DNA of 63,107 nucleotides, counting the filler, from Choristocarpus tenellus KU-1152 (taxonomy: Eukaryota > Protista > Phaeophyceae): the NCBI GenBank assembly GCA_964200185.2. It is 11 parts of 11 records of this genome, joined end to end, with 100 filler letters (N's around TTAATTAATTAA, not from the genome) between each part and the next. Parts side by side here need not be neighbours in the genome. Positions count along the whole stretch, not along the records: positions 33,992 to 38,561 come from CAXNAD020013973.1; positions 38,662 to 41,396 come from CAXNAD020025205.1; positions 41,497 to 51,060 come from CAXNAD020003573.1; 8 more parts are not named here. The stretch is one strand, 5' to 3'. The notes under the pieces are model-generated. The model worked only from the letters and a program-made list of their open reading frames with translations, was not told where the DNA came from and did no database searches. The translations under genes and the position numbers were made by a program. Positions 36,713 to 49,588 of this stretch are shown piece by piece; positions within the stretch are counted from its first letter, which is position 1; every line of letters begins with the position of its first letter.

Positions 36713-38898
36713 TATTCGTCTGTAACACATCAATTCCAAGCGATACTGACAATAACACAAAAAGGTTTTACCTCGTCCCTCCACTGACAAGATGCTGATG
36801 CAATTCTCAGGTATCGTCTAGTCAAGACAGCGACATTATTTTGGAATGCACTCTGGAGCAGTTGTCAACAATCAAAACACGTTGTAACAGTAGAACATTG
36901 GTATGGTTGAACGTAAGACAATACTCGACAGAATTGTTGGGAAAGTACTATGTAGCATAGGCGTAATAGATGACGAAGAAAAGATACAAAGTGGATGAAG
37001 ATATGAAGCCTAATCAAGAAGACAAAAACAGCCCGTAGGCTCACAGCATGTCGCGTGGACTAGTTTACTCTACACACACGTACCATTGCCGGCACCCAAT
37101 CTACAGTAGTAGTAAAAGGAAATGGTGCAGGCTGCTTGGAATACTCGATTTCAAGACCAGCTACAGCTCTGCACATCCCAACCTTGGAAAGGGTAACTTT
37201 TTACTATCTAGTATTTCAAAAGTAGGGGCTTGGGACGTGGGCAGAGAGAATCTCCATCATATCAGTATCGAATGAAACCATCTGACTACAGCATGGAGAG
37301 GAACTCTTGCATCAACTAATCACCTGATGGTAAAAGTCCGGAATTAGTCTGGCATCGGAAATTAGGGAGTCCCCATCCTGGTGATCAACCCCTATGCTAA
37401 TTTATCTTTTCCAAAAATACATACTTCTGTTCCATGTAAACGGTCAGATGGCAGGCTGTCCAACAAGTAGACACCACAGACACTGAGTACATTGCCTACT
37501 GTTTGCTCTACTCAACAACTGGTTGATACAGATAGGAGGAAATGGTTGAGGGACTCGAAGTTGAGTGCTGAAAAACAGACCAAAGTCAACCAAGAGGAGA
37601 AAATATATATTCCACAGCGCAGGAAAGACGATGCGTATTCCTTCTCATATCTGCCCCAGCAACTTGTGGCCCTTCAACTCAACAGCTGCAACTGTTACTA
37701 GAACTTCCATGCCTTCTACCATGGCTTTGTGGCAAACGGAGCGTGGCACTCAGGTAGACAGAGTAGGAGGTACACCGGAAGTACTCCTCAGCTACAACTT
37801 TCAGAAAGAGCCTAGGTAGAAACATACTCTTCGGAGTATGTGTGAGTTCCTCTTATCTGGTAATTATTTGTGTCATACTTTCAGTGGGTAATCGCACTAG
37901 AATATACTCCATACTATATTGGATGTATGAATACTCAGTAATGCTCTGTTACATCGTCGGATCAAGTGTAATCGCGCCCCTGTTTAACAACGTTAATAGG
38001 ATTAGCCATATGTGGCATACTGATATCCGGTAATACTCGTGCTGTCCGTTTGTGTAGTGGGTAGTATCTATGCAAACATCAACCTGTATTGGTATGGCAA
38101 CAACCAGTAGCACTTTTGCAGTCCAATTTTCCACTGGGTGTTAGCACCTAGCACCAATCTTTGTTGGAATGATGTAAGATCTCATTCATGGGATCATTAG
38201 ACACGAAGTAGTGACAATTTGTAAATAGTCGCCAGATCCCCCCTCCTTCCCTTCTACCTGAAGCCCAACAATTTGTTGTTGAAGGTTATTGAGGACATGG
38301 ATGGGCCCATATGATGTTTAATATGTCTGGCAGAGCCCTGGCCTCTGAAGCCGCCATTTCTATTGTAGAACTCGATGTCGACCACTTCGTAGGTCAAACT
38401 TACACACAGACCCCACGCCTACACATCTACGTTTACCTCAATAATCCAATTCTGTGAGGTAAGGCACAGACCCCTGCTGGCACAGACCCCCCCTGTGCCA
38501 TTCCTTCTTGGCGATGCTGGTACAGCATAGCTGTCGTGGCGGTTGTTCTCCTTCACTTTTTNNNNNNNNNNNNNNNNNNNNNNNNNNNNNNNNNNNNNNN
38601 NNNNNTTAATTAATTAANNNNNNNNNNNNNNNNNNNNNNNNNNNNNNNNNNNNNNNNNNNNCCCCCACCCCCAACTTGCCCTCCAGCACTGCAAACGATG
38701 ATATCAGTTTTTGCTCTGCTTATTGTGGTGATGGTTTGGATTGGAGTGTTGGCAGAAGATGAATGGGTTATCCAGGCTGCTCCTCCTCCTGCTGCTGCTG
38801 CTGCTGCTGTGGTGCTTGTCAGTGTAGAATGATACTGAGGTGAAACGTGTGTGCGTTGATTTTATGTTGACGCCTCTTGGAGATTGATACCTCTGTAG

Positions 38899-40594
38899 GC
38901 CAGCGCCTCTCTTGTTGAGTGTTTTGAGTGTACACCAGGAGAGTCGTTGAAGACCCTTCAGGGGGGATATGGAGAAAAGGTCAGGTCATGTTTTTTTCTT
39001 TTGTAAAACTAAGTCTGGCGTTTGGCTGGGGTGTGGTACATGTCTTAAAAAATATATATTGCGAGCTTACCTTATCCCCAACCTTCCTCAACCCTATTCT
39101 CACCCCTGATCCCAAAGGGTGCGTGGTACAACCTACCCTATAGTGCACACTATCATTGTGGTTAACACCTTGTGTGAAGTGTGGAGTACATTGTGCTTTG
39201 AGATTGATTTAGTCATATACCAACTTTAGTCCAGCTATGATCGTCTCACTCTTGTGTTTAGGATATTCCAACGGCATAGTGTCAGTCCTGTTTTGAAGTA
39301 TTTAACTATTTTTTTTCAGCACCAGGGTTGTACCAGTTGTACACCTATCTCCATCTCTCTGTTCCCAGCTCTAGCACTGGCTCTGTAACTTTTTTTGTTT
39401 GTATTATTATTTTCATGTATTGATCTGGCAGTTGTGATTTTCAAGGTGTTGAGACCGTATCGAATGCAAGAAATTCTACTGTTGATTGATATCAGTGCGG
39501 TCTAGTCCAAACAAATCAACTTATTTTTTGTAACTGCTTTTGAATTTCACTAGGTGAACCAGAGTGTTCTGGTAAGGACATGAACAATAACGTAATTTAA
39601 AGGTGGGAACATGGTGGTTGCCTTCTCGACTACTGTTGCTAGTTTGTATTGTAATATTGATGATGATGACACTGACGTCATAAGGTTATGGTCATATCTT
39701 CCATTTGATGGATGAAAGTGTACTATTCTCTTCACCATCTGTAGCAACTGTGAACAGGTTGATCTCCTAACGTTAGCCATCTCATCAAGTTAGCGTGTTA
39801 ACGCGATAATATCCGTTCATATCCCTGTCCCAAGTTGATCCCTCTTACGATAAAATAGGCGTGACAAGGTCCTCAAGTGGAAACCATATTGGGAGGAGAA
39901 AAATGCCAATCATGTTTGATGTAGCCTCATGTCACACAGTTTTCCTAATTGTAATTTTTATTTTTTGTGTATGTAGTCAGTGTATTGCCTGCTGGTTAGC
40001 ATGTGCATGGTGCTCTCATCTTCACCTTCATCTCCTGTCTTGACACACACACTAAAAGAGAGATAGAGAGAGAGAGGAACCAGAGACGGGAAGTACTTGA
40101 ATTGTTTGACACCTCACCACAATGCTTATCCCCTGCCCCCCCCCCCACCTGAATGTAATTTCTTGTGATTGATTTACTGTTGGTGCAGTAGGTACGAAAA
40201 GTTTCGCGGGAGGGTAGCTGCACTAGCCCTGGACCCTGCTGTGCAGTGCATTGTGTACTGTGGCATCTTCTTATTCATGCCCCTTGGAGAGGCGCTGGCT
40301 CCTCTGGTCCTCAGGGAGGGGGTGTACCTTATAATGGTTTTGAAGGAGATGCTGGAGATTGCATCACCAGGTGACATTACTCCTTGGGTTGGGTCTAGGG
40401 TTAGGGATTACTATTATTTCACTCTTGGAGAGACTGGTTATCTCAGAAAGGAGCTTTTGGTTTGTCTTGGGAGGAGAGGGTGTGTTCTGAGGTGTGTCTT
40501 GCTGTCCTTCATTTATACAGATTAGGTTTTGCCATTGTGGTTGGCCCTTTGGCAGCATACCTGTTCATGAAAGAGTGGATTGACTTGGTGTTAG
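38899..40594 (+). CDS. Unidentified gene fragment, three phase-compatible exons (38899-38979, 40192-40370, 40521-~40594), Cys-rich then hydrophobic
   Basis: AG/GT exons join without stops: ASASLVECFECTPGESLKTLQGGYGEK-VRKVSREGSCTSPGPCCAVHCVLWHLLIHAPWRGAGSSGPQGGGVPYNGFEGDAGDCITR-LGFAIVVGPLAAYLFMKEWIDLVL. No family recognised. Confidence 0.5.
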
Positions 40595-41619
40595 GTGGCC
40601 TTTCGAGTCATTCTGGTGCTTGCTGTTTTGGTTTGAGAGGACATCGCCTCCCTGTGCCTTGTGGTGATGCAATATTGAACTATTTGGGTTGTAGAGCTGG
40701 TTGTGGTCATGGTAGAAGTAATGCTAGTAGCACTCAGGCTTCAAAAATAACAGAGGTTGGGGGTTAGAGGATAGGTTTGGCAGCAATCTGTCAGAAAATC
40801 GGGGAATTTCAGTGTAAGGAAGATATCATTATTTGACTGAAAGGTAGTGTTTGCTTCTCTATTAGTGTTGTTGTTCGAACCAGAGGGTATTTACTATTTA
40901 TTGTGTTGATGGTACTAGGTGCTGTACACAGCTCCAGAGCATGTATAGTAGCAAGCATGTTTCTTGTGTGATGTTGCCACAGGCAACAGATTTTAAGGGT
41001 TGGTGTGACGAGTGTCCCAATAGCTCTTTCGAGGTTATCTGCATTCGAGCCACGCAAGGGCTTTACCGTCCAGGAGAGACTTTTAAAATATTTTATTATC
41101 GCTTACTTTATTAGTTATACCGGTTGAGCATCCGCACAGTAGGTGCTGCTTGTGCTCCTTTGTGTTCGTATCCACCATCACAATAAGTAGTATTTTTTTA
41201 AAATTCATAGTACCGATTGCTTTTAGTGATTGTTCTGTGTCTTGGATGAGAAGATGTCACTATTAGTATCGCCATTGATCAACTACATCCCCCATGTATT
41301 TGATGTATATATATATATACCTTTTTTTTTTTGGGGGGGGGGGGGGGGGGGAGTTGAAGTATTAATAATTTGGGGGGAAAAAAAAAAATAAAAATANNNN
41401 NNNNNNNNNNNNNNNNNNNNNNNNNNNNNNNNNNNNNNNNTTAATTAATTAANNNNNNNNNNNNNNNNNNNNNNNNNNNNNNNNNNNNNNNNNNNNCCAA
41501 AATTGGCAACGTGTACAGTGTTGAACAGTTTGATCACGTATCCACCCCTCATTTCGCTTTTTTTTTTCGTGTACACAACCACACGTCCCTACGCATATAT
41601 CTGTGTTCATTTGCATTCG

Positions 41620-42515
41620 AACCTTGTAGAAAGCAGCTGGCAATAGTGGTCCCACCAACGTCACTACTCAACGCCCAGTATTTCTCATCAAGACAGTGTA
41701 CACATTAGCTGTCAATAGTGATACCACCAACACATTGCTACTTCGATGCCCTGTATTTATCATCATTGAGATCGTGAAAAAAACAGCCGTCAATAGTGGT
41801 CCCACCTACGTTACAACCCAATTCCCAGTAATTATTACCATTGAGAGACAGTGTACACACCAGCTGCCAATAGCGGTGTCACCAACATTGACCCTTCGAT
41901 GACTTGTATTCATTACCATTAAAACCGTCTACACGCCAGCTGTCAATAGTGTATCACCAACATTGCTACTTCAATGCGCTGTATTTATTATCGTTAGAAC
42001 CGTGTACACACCAGCTGTCAATAGTGGGTATCACCAACATTGCTACTTCGATGCACTGTATTTATTATCGTTAGAACCGTCTACACACCAGCTGTCAATA
42101 GTGGTGGACACCAACATTTCTACTTCGATGCCCTGTACTTATCAGGGTTAGAACCGTGTATACACCAGTTGTCAATAGTGGTATCACCAACATTGCTACT
42201 TTCTATGCACTGTATTTATTACCATTAGAACCGTGTACACACCACCTGTCTGCAGTGGTCCCACCTACGTTGCTACTCAATGCCCAGTGCTTATCATCAT
42301 TGAGAGATCGTGTAAAAGCAGCCGTCAATAGTGGTCCCAACAACGTTTCTACTTCGATTCCCAGTATTTATTACCGTAAGGATCGTCTACACAACAGCTG
42401 TCAATAGTGGTATCACCAACAATGCTACTTCGATGCCCTGTATTTAATACCATTAGAACCATCTACACACCAGCTGTCAATAGTGGTATCACCAACAATG
42501 CTACTTCGATGCCCT
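41620..42515. repeat. Minisatellite, ~76-77-bp unit, ~12 copies
   Basis: Consensus approx. cagctgtcaatagtggtatcaccaacattgctacttcgatgccctgtatttattaccattagaaccgtgtacacac; the whole unit is homologous between copies. Confidence 0.95.
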
Positions 42516-43898
42516 CACCCCCATCACTACAGCATGCTCTCTAATTTGTTTTGTCAAAACCGTTCATAAACCGTCTGTGACCAGCAGTGCCACCGTCGCT
42601 TACCCCGCCTGCATTTTTCGTTGGACCTAACCCAAGACCGACCGGGCGTCGAACTACCGTATGCATTTGTGGCGATTTCTAACCGTGTAATCTCTTCATT
42701 CTCTTGTCAGAGCACCGCACACACCATACCCTGTCGTTAGCCCCCCATCCAAAGCCTCCATCCCATCCTAATCACCCTACCCACCCCAGATACCAACAAT
42801 GTATGCCCTGAAACCAATGCCCATGATCCTTACAAGCTAATCGTACAACACTAATTATTCATATTACGAACACACTCAACCCAAACCACGAAGAGACAGA
42901 CTTCACCTTACATATAACACATCGACGTATTGGTAATGCACCAGCTATCGTCAGAGGTTATTTCAACAAACTCAACCGAACTTAACCGAAATTGGAACAT
43001 GGGATGCAGTGACATATGTTGAGGGTAATCTGACAGCTGATCCGAAATAGAATTAGGATTCCACGATCCTAATCCACGTACCACAAGATCCTGCTGTCGA
43101 ATTGCTACGTGGCGACACCCTCAATACACACATGTAAGGGCTTCGATGCAATTGGAACTTTCCCGAAAAGGTTCGTATCGCGTCGCAACGCAATCCCGAT
43201 TTAGCTCGCGCGTTACGACCACAACGCGCGCGCAGTTCCGTCATAAACCATGGTTACCTCACTTTACAAATTGATGGCTTCTGCCAAGCTGCAACACATA
43301 ACAAATTTCTACATTCCAAAATTACCATATGTGTTTAAAACTGGTGCATTCATGCTTTTACTTTCGCGTTTCAACTTAATGTTTTCCTGCATTCCTTGCT
43401 TGTTCCGAATCGGTGCACACCATCGTCTACCATGTTTGCCGTGCTTACGAAATTGATGACTTTTGCCGTCCGACAAAACACATCAAATTACTTCATTACT
43501 GCCTGGCCTATGTCAAACACAAACCAGTGTGTGGATGATGCCCTCCCTACATCTAACCTAGGTTAGTGAATTAATGCGTTTCCTCTGCATATGAAATTGG
43601 TGTATCCTTGCACTCCCTATTCCTTCCGAGTCGGCGGGGTTGCCGTTCGACACATGTTTGCAACTCACAGCCTCCACGGAAAACGCTAGACCGTCTTCAT
43701 GACGACAACAGCGCTTCGCCGATATGATCTAACTTTTACCTAGCCCACGCATGAACACGAACCCCACACTCGCTATCGATCCCATCACCATCGATCACAT
43801 CCTTTGCCACAGTTTCTGCAACAATACCCTTGCTGTCGTCGCCCAACAATAGTATCCGTCCATGTGTGGATAAATCATTACCCTCTATACAACCATAG

Positions 43899-45031
43899 GC
43901 AGTCATCCGAGAGCATCAGCAACTTCTGACGAGGAAAAGGCAACAGAATTGATCACGAAAACCCTCAGCGCGATCCGCACGGTCGACCTCATCGCATCTG
44001 CTTTCGTGTCCCAAACGTACAATGCCAATCTCCTTGAAAAGGGGAGGGTAGAGTCAATGTTTCAAAAGCTGGACCCGGACACACAAAACACCGCCGACAA
44101 GCTCGCGGCGATCCTGAGTGCACAGCCTTTCTCTTTGTGCTTGCAATGGACGACAATCAAGAACCTCAAGGTCGACATACGCAGAGCAAAGGTCCCCTCT
44201 GATGTGCCCAACAGCGAACTGCTCGCGCACTACATTGGGAATGGCTACATGGGAGTAGATGAGGATGACAGTGATAGGGATCCGCACGACGAGGATAATG
44301 TCTTATTTTGTTTGAATAGACAGCATAGGATCATGCTGTTGAGAGTCATCGAGTGCGTGGCCAAGGAGGCCAACGTTACATCCAGCATCAACCTTCCAGC
44401 CCAGGTCACAACACGATGGGCCTCAGATGTCAGAGCGACCCTTCAGAAAAGCGAGCACAGGAGATTCATGTGGAAGATATTTCCACGGTGCAGCGCGAGA
44501 AGGCTGAATCCATATCGATCGAAGAGGGCATGGTGGCCAGCAATCACACACGTGTTGAAAGTCCTCGACATATTCCAAAGGATGGTGTTTTGGGTGCGAG
44601 TCATTATGAAGTATAAGCATGATTTCAAATGTGACAGGTCCTGCCCCTACCTGCAGGATACGGGTGAGGACTCCAAGCGTTACACAAGCATGACAACATT
44701 GGTAACCCAATGCAATCAATACTGTCTGAAAGACATAGACTTACGGAGTGCCCACGCCGCATTCCACACGGCAATAAAAAGGAGTGTTGCTGCGAAAATC
44801 AACGCATTTCTCACGGAAGCGTGGAAGGACACCGACCTGGAAAATGGAATCAAGAGAGTCGGCGAGCAGACCTCCACCCAACTCTACAACTCGGTCGCCA
44901 CCCTTGTGCAGATATGCGGAGAAGAAAGTGAGGTTCTCACGGCTCTTTCCCAGGAAATGATTCGTAAAACGATTATGAAGCATTGCGTACTTTTCGTCAC
45001 CCATATCGATCTAACCCTAAGGCATCGATGA
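43899..45031 (+). CDS. Large open exon (>360 codons) of an orphan short-intron gene, probably TE-borne and possibly decaying
   Basis: Longest ORF in the window, stop-free from 43874 to 45031. Candidate acceptor CATAG at 43898, flanked by candidate introns of 47-113 nt. No recognisable domain. Confidence 0.55.
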
Positions 45032-46974
45032 TCCAACACTCCCAATTGCTTCCTTCCCCTCACTATATTCAACCAGAAACGAAAGAGCTGGAGGACCTTC
45101 TTCTCGGTGTCTGGAGAGAGCACAAGAAGCATGATGGCTACGGCATAACCTCAGCGTAGCCATCACAATATTTCAACATCCAATGTCCCGTCACTAACAG
45201 TCGAACAACACCGCACCAAACCCCTAACTCGATATACTGAATTTGGATAGCCGAGTTTTACATGTGTATCGCGATCACCAATATGAGATACGCAACTAAC
45301 CAACATACCCACTCACATTTCCAAGTTCTTCTGTCCTGATCATGTGACCTTCTCCTCCGCACACCTAACACACCCCCAACTAGGACAAGTTTGACTTTAG
45401 GGCGGTTCATTCATTCACTGTGCTGTGGTACACCAACCCGGATGTCGCCATTGAATCCCTCAAGAACAGCGAGGGGTTCACCCACATCTACAGGAGTCCG
45501 GTGGGATGCACATGTTCGTAGATAGTGCTGCTGATACACGTAGACATCACCGATGGATTAGATAATAGGATGGAGAGCCAGTGACAGATATATTATATGT
45601 ACTGACTCATAGTGTTGATTGGTTTTATATCATGTTCAAGATACACTTCCTATACTTAAGATAAGTAAATAAGTAATTCATAGTAAATAGTGTGGACGAT
45701 TACAAACCCCACACTTATAGAGTAATTATGGTTGTTAAGGCTAGAGTCTCACCCTCATGCTCAGTCAGCGGAATCGAGACCACTAGCCCCTTGTAATACT
45801 AACATTGTTCATCTACATCCAGCTATTCTTTGTCCTTCATTAGAGCACCATAAAAGCCGCGGGTCCAGTGTGGGATAGTTCAACAGCACATCCCCCAACA
45901 CGTTCTCATGCGTCGAACCCAAAAGCCCATATGGTTATGCTGCGCGACATACGTGCCTCCTCAACAATACTTTCTACGATCGATACGTTCTTAACCCTAA
46001 ATCCTTCACATCCTCAGAGGACGTTCTTTCCCGAGTTCCGAACAGAACATGTTCGTCCATCTATACATGTAGCTCACCAACGACATCAAGGTGCAGCACT
46101 TCGCAAGAATGTGCACTGATGATGTCCTGGCTGGAGCTGGAATGTCTATCCTCAGAGGGGAGACCCCTCAAGACCATCACTAGAGCGACATTGTGTCAGT
46201 AGGAGTAAGCCTGAGGGGTCCCCGACTCAGCTTTTAGTCTTGCAGAGGCGCATGAAACACTGGTCGGGAGTATTGCCCCCTGCTGGAGTCCGTAAAGGTC
46301 TTGCGCAGGTCCGTGGCAGCTGGCAATGAGACTTCGTAACAGCTGGTCGTCAACTTCTTCGTATGGAATGGTAGGTGGGGTAGCAGTGGTGAAAAAAGGA
46401 GAAGCGCGCTGGATCAAAACTCGCTGGGCCCAAAGGGTCTTCTGCGAAATGTGTCCTCTTGTGGCCCCCTGCTTTCCGAGAGAGGTTCCGCCTTCATGTA
46501 ATAATACTTTACGGGTTTTTGCACCAAGACAGAAACGTGTGCGCTCGGAGCTTTGGCGCACAAAGAGAGGACAACTCTTCCCCCAAAACATCGGGGTCAA
46601 TCCAGAGTAACACAGGCGCACCGCAGCAGGAGATCTTTTCAGTACACATATCCCCTCAAACACGTACAAAAAACACCGATGGATCCAAATGTATCTTGTC
46701 TTGGACCGCCACCAAACACTTCATCCATGATACCAACGCCCAAATAACACACAACAGTAAATTCTCACGTGCATATTTATGCCCATCTGAGGGAAACAAT
46801 GAAGGCATTTGCTTCTAAATCGCAATCTGCACACGTTTTTACACTTTTTTAGAACAAAAAAACGAACAAAAATACATGAAAAAGCCCTTCGTCGCCTAAA
46901 TATTCAAGGCCTCAAATGGACAGAGAAAATACTGTACCCTCTCAGATACTTTCACTCCTTCGTCACTTATACAA

Positions 46975-47709
46975 CTTGGTGGTGGACTGGCTGCTCTCTC
47001 TTCCTGTTCTCCCGAGGTGGCAGAGACTGCAGAGCAACTGCTCCGCATCAGTTGAAGATCCAACCACTTTTTTGTGGTAATGCTTTACATGCATCTTCTC
47101 TCAGCGTCAACGTCTCGGTCACGTGATCCATTTCGCAATTCGACCATGCTGCTGCGCCACAGTACACGCACTTTCTTGTCACCTAACATCACACTGAGTG
47201 TTACACAATATTTGTTTTTCTGTTGGCCCTCGACAGAGAAGGCGCCAAGGGTAGCCAGGGGGCAGAGTGGTCTCGGCGGCTCTCCTTGTCTCACCGTCGT
47301 AGTTCTTGTTGCTGTGTGGGTCACATGTGTGTATGGTCTCAAAATTCTGCGAAAGGCGTTAAAAAGATGTCCAAGAGTCTTGCCTTTTTTTTATAGGGTC
47401 AAACCCACCGTAGTGTGGCAGGGCCTATTCCGGACCAGTTTTTTGCGGGGAATTGATCCAACCTCCTTAATTTTTGTACCTTTAAGGCAGTGACCATTAA
47501 AATTGCACCGAGTTATTCCCCCGCGCTTTTGACATTATTTGATATGGACATAGTTCCCGTTCACTGGATTTAGTACATTCTGGCATACGTATCTTCAACC
47601 CCTCTTGGCATAAGCTTTCATTTAATATTTATATTGTTGCATACCTCTCGTAGTGCAAGGGTGAAAAAATTCAAGATTGCCACAGACTGCGAAGCTATTG
47701 GTTTCACTT
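46975..47709 (-). mobile_element. Third copy (left part) of the Tc1-like family, inverted
   Basis: The reverse complement begins TA|aagtgaaaccaatagcttcgc and aligns by eye to 35314-35870. ORF 47085-47342 is similar to 35644-35883. Confidence 0.8.
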
Positions 47710-48532
47710 TATCTCTGAACGGTATCTTTTCCGAAACCCATCCGAATCGTGATCCCCCCTACTTCCTCAGTTCCCCACTTTTTCCTGCAAGTCCTTTCAG
47801 TCTTACATTTGTTCAGCCATAACCTTGTCCTCTTGGTTACGGTTCGTCTTTGTCCGTCTTGTCCATGTTGCCTGATGATTCTCTTCACCACCGTACCTAA
47901 GTGAACCACGCCACCACAGAATCACATGATTCATATAATTTACTAGGCTGAATTCTTCCAGGGTCTCGTAGAACCTCTAGTGAAAGCACCTGTATCGTGC
48001 CTAAAGAGTCAAACTCTAACATGATACCCGACATTACCCAGGGCCAGGGACCCTAACGTCATCCATCCAACAAATGACCAAACTACATTTTTTTTTATTC
48101 AATCACCTCGAGGAGTTATTAGCATTGGCGTTTTCGGCTAATAACCAGATGCCTGTATATCCACAGTGATGTATACTATAAAGTGGTACCAATAGCTTAT
48201 CCCTCTGGAGCAATGTTGACTTTCACTTTATTGCCACAAGAAGTATACAACAGTGTAAGTATCAAATGAAAGCTTATGACAGGATGTTTTGAAGATTTCT
48301 AAGCAGGAATGTACTCATTTCGGTGAACAGGAACTATGCCCCGATCAAATAATTACAAAAACGCGGGGGAACATCTCCGCCGTAATTTTAATGGTCACAA
48401 CCTCAAAAGGTACAAAAATTAAGGAGGTTGGCTCAATTCCCCGCAAGATCGGTGCTTGTGGCAATACCGAAAAAAAAGAGCAAGATTTCCGGACATCATT
48501 TTAATGCTTTACAGACCTTTTGAGACCATACG

Positions 48533-48790
48533 GAGACATCATATCTTAGAGGGTAGGGCCGCGTCCATTTGAGGGTCAAAGTCCAATGTTGCAATTTTGA
48601 TGTAATTTTGGTTATTGTGTTTTTTCGGAGATTTTATTATCCTTGTTCTGAACACACCTTCTCATAATGTATACATCTTACCCACTCCGAAACATTTTGG
48701 AGTAGGAAAATGTCTTAAGAATAACATGGGAAGACAGGCCACAAATGGACAAAAAGGCAAGAACTCTTACTCTCTAAGATACTTTCACCC
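48533..48790 (+). mobile_element. MITE family A copy inside the Tc1-like element
   Basis: Colinear with 15202-15459; slightly decayed ends. Confidence 0.8.
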
Positions 48791-49072
48791 ACACACACGT
48801 GACCCACACAACAACAAGAACCATGACGGTGAGACAAGGAGAGCCGCCGAGACCACTCTGCCCCCTGGATCTACCCTTGACACCTTCTCTGTCGAGAGCC
48901 GAAAAAAAAACAAGTACCGTGTGACATTTGGTGCGATGTTAGGTGACTAGAAAGTGGTGTGTACTGTGGCGCAGCAACATGATCAAATCGCGCAATGGAC
49001 CACGCAGCCGCGACACTGACACTGAGAGAAGATGCATAGGCGCATTACCACACAAATGTGATTGGATCTTCA

Positions 49073-49588
49073 GAGCGAAAGTATCTTAGAGCGAAGGTAT
49101 CTTGGAGGGTACAAGTTTTGGCCTGTTTGTCCATTTGGTGCTTGGCTTCACATTTTTTTTTTAGGACGTTTTACCTAATCTGAAACGTTTGGGAGTAGGT
49201 AAAATGTATACGTTATGAATAGGTGTGTCCGAAACATAGATATTGACACTTCCTAACTAACTCGATAGCCAAAATTACATCAAAATCGCAACATTGGGTT
49301 TTGGACCCCAAATGGACGCGGTCGTACCATCTAAGATATTTTGGCTCTTAGAGGCTACGAGTTTTGCTCTGTTTGTCCGTTTGGGGCTAGGCTTCCCACA
49401 AGTATTTTGGGACATATTACCTACTTCGAAACATTTCAGAGCAGATAAAAATATATTTTATGAAAAGCTGTGTCTAGGATATTGACACATCTCCTAACAA
49501 ATACGATAGCCAAAATTACATCAAAATCGCAACATCGGATTTTGGCCTCCAAATGGACGAGGCTCTACCCTCTAAGATACTTTGACTC
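49073..49588 (-). mobile_element. Double (self-nested) MITE family A insertion, TTCA TSD
   Basis: Outer copy 49073-49588 is flanked by ttca; inner copy ~49089-49347 sits in the outer TIR. Confidence 0.85.

Noticed and set aside
41620-42515. CRISPR-like array
   Set aside because: The sequences between the conserved cores are homologous to each other rather than unique spacers, there are no cas-like ORFs, and the context is eukaryotic.
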